In this document: positions 63,053-64,000 of the stretch, one piece after another
Layout: the number at the start of each line of letters is the position of its first letter
Numbering within the stretch: the first letter of the stretch is position 1
Assembly (NCBI GenBank): GCA_963756545.1
Contig: CAVWNY010000001.1
Span: 594,080-658,079, forward strand
DNA length: 64,000 bases
Origin: an uncultured Pseudomonadota bacterium
GTDB lineage: Bacteria; Pseudomonadota; Alphaproteobacteria; Acetobacterales; Acetobacteraceae
Direction of reading: 5' to 3'
Made by a program: the position numbers and the translations under genes
Notes under the pieces: model-generated
The model's input: only the letters and a program-made list of their open reading frames with translations
Databases searched by the model: none
What the model was told of the DNA's origin: nothing

Positions 63053-63928
63053 CTATCCGATCAGCCGGTCGATCGCCAGGGCGGCGAACAGCACGAACAG
63101 GTAGGCGATGGAGAACTTGAAGGCAGCCTTCGCCGGGGCGTCGCCTGTCAGGCTGACGCCAGCGCTGTCCTGGTGGTCGCGCAGCACACGCCAGGCATGA
63201 ACGAGAAAGCCGAGCCCGAGGACAAGCGCCGCCGCCGCGTAGGCCCGCCCGGAAAAGCCGATCGCCCAGGGGACGAGCGACAGGGGCACCAAGATCAGGG
63301 TGTAGAGCAGGATTTGGCGGCGTGTCTCGCGCGCGCCCGCCGCCACCGGCAGCATCGGAATGCCCGCGCGCCGATAATCGTCGTTCGCCCACAGGGCGAG
63401 CGACCAGAAATGCGGCGGCGTCCAGAAGAAGATGACGGCGAACAGGATGAGCGGAACGAGGTCGACGGACCCGGTCACGGCGGCCCAGCCGATCACCGGC
63501 GGAAAGGCGCCGGCGGCCCCGCCGATGACGATGTTCTGCGGCGTGCGGCGCTTCAGCCACACCGTGTAGACGAACACATAGAACAGGATCGACAGGGCGA
63601 GCAGCCCCGCGGCTGTGGCGTTGGTTGCGAGAAACATGACGATCACCGCCGCCGCCGCGAGCACGATCCCGTAGCCCAACGCCGTACCGGGCGGGAAGCG
63701 ACCTCCGGGAATCGGCCGATTGCGGGTCCGGCGCATCACGGCGTCGATGTCGCGGTCGTACCACATGTTGATCGCACCGCACGCGCCGGCTGCCACAGCA
63801 ATGCACAGCACGGCCGTGAACCGTAGAACCGGGTTCAGACGGCCGGGGGCGATCACCATTCCGATCAGTCCGGTGAAAACCACCAGCGACATGACGCGCG
63901 GCTTGAGAAGCGCGATCCAGTCGCGCAA
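63053..63928 (-). CDS. ctaB: heme o synthase (protoheme IX farnesyltransferase)
   Basis: It has DWIALLKPRVMSLVVFT and the polyprenyl-transferase blocks MWYDRDIDAVMRRTRNRP. The track start is TTG 63928. The frame stays open to the window end, so the true start may lie at or beyond 64000. Confidence 0.85.
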   Translation of the reverse strand: MRDWIALLKPRVMSLVVFTGLIGMVIAPGRLNPVLRFTAVLCIAVAAGACGAINMWYDRDIDAVMRRTRNRPIPGGRFPPGTALGYGIVLAAAAVIVMFLATNATAAGLLALSILFYVFVYTVWLKRRTPQNIVIGGAAGAFPPVIGWAAVTGSVDLVPLILFAVIFFWTPPHFWSLALWANDDYRRAGIPMLPVAAGARETRRQILLYTLILVPLSLVPWAIGFSGRAYAAAALVLGLGFLVHAWRVLRDHQDSAGVSLTGDAPAKAAFKFSIAYLFVLFAALAIDRLIG

Positions 63929-64000
63929 CTCGGTCTCCTGTTCCCGAAACTCGATGATCGGCGGGGGAACCGGCAGGAGAGCGGACTGTACCTCCCCCCT

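Overview
High-GC (about 68-70% by eye) alphaproteobacterial-type chromosome window, densely packed with housekeeping genes. No rRNA, tRNA, CRISPR array, transposase or integrase is visible.

**Layout**
- 1-5.5 kb: a lower-GC islet. It holds a HicB antitoxin tail, an Stf0-family sulfotransferase, an unknown 379-aa protein and a ~670-aa secreted repeat protein with RTX-like motifs.
- 6-14.8 kb: small oxidoreductases, then two convergent FtsH paralogs bracketing a frameshifted gluconolactonase, then pdxA.
- 15-25 kb: the TCA block mdh-sucCD-[vapBC insert]-sucAB-[small ORF]-lpdA on the minus strand.
- 25-31.5 kb: amidohydrolase, zapE, a 2OG-oxygenase-like gene, manC and a stand-alone nrdB.
- 31.5-38.9 kb: a LysR-controlled cluster of LLM monooxygenase, NitT/TauT-type ABC transporter, creatinase-like M24 protein and FAD oxidoreductase.
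- 38.9-48.8 kb: phd/vapC, tauD, mntH, cysS, an RNA methyltransferase, a DadA-like gene, bcp and glnE.
- 48.8-52 kb: a large AsmA/DUF3971-like protein.
- 52.2-56.4 kb: a seven-gene Mrp-like cluster.
- 56.4-64 kb: SDR, mnmE-mnmG-rsmG-parA-parB and ctaB.

**Most noteworthy**
- The Mrp-like cluster has the Mbh-type gene order E-F-G-DUF4040-B-C-D and only one pump subunit. No MrpA pump domain and no hydrogenase genes accompany it.
- A nested-palindrome REP family occurs three times, and one 90-nt copy sits in frame inside the AsmA-like ORF.
- Two ~1-nt frameshifts disrupt a carboxymuconolactone decarboxylase (CMD)-family gene and the gluconolactonase.
- A vapBC module splits the TCA operon.

I see no recognisable defence system. 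All calls come from reading the sequence and the ORF translations, with no database search.
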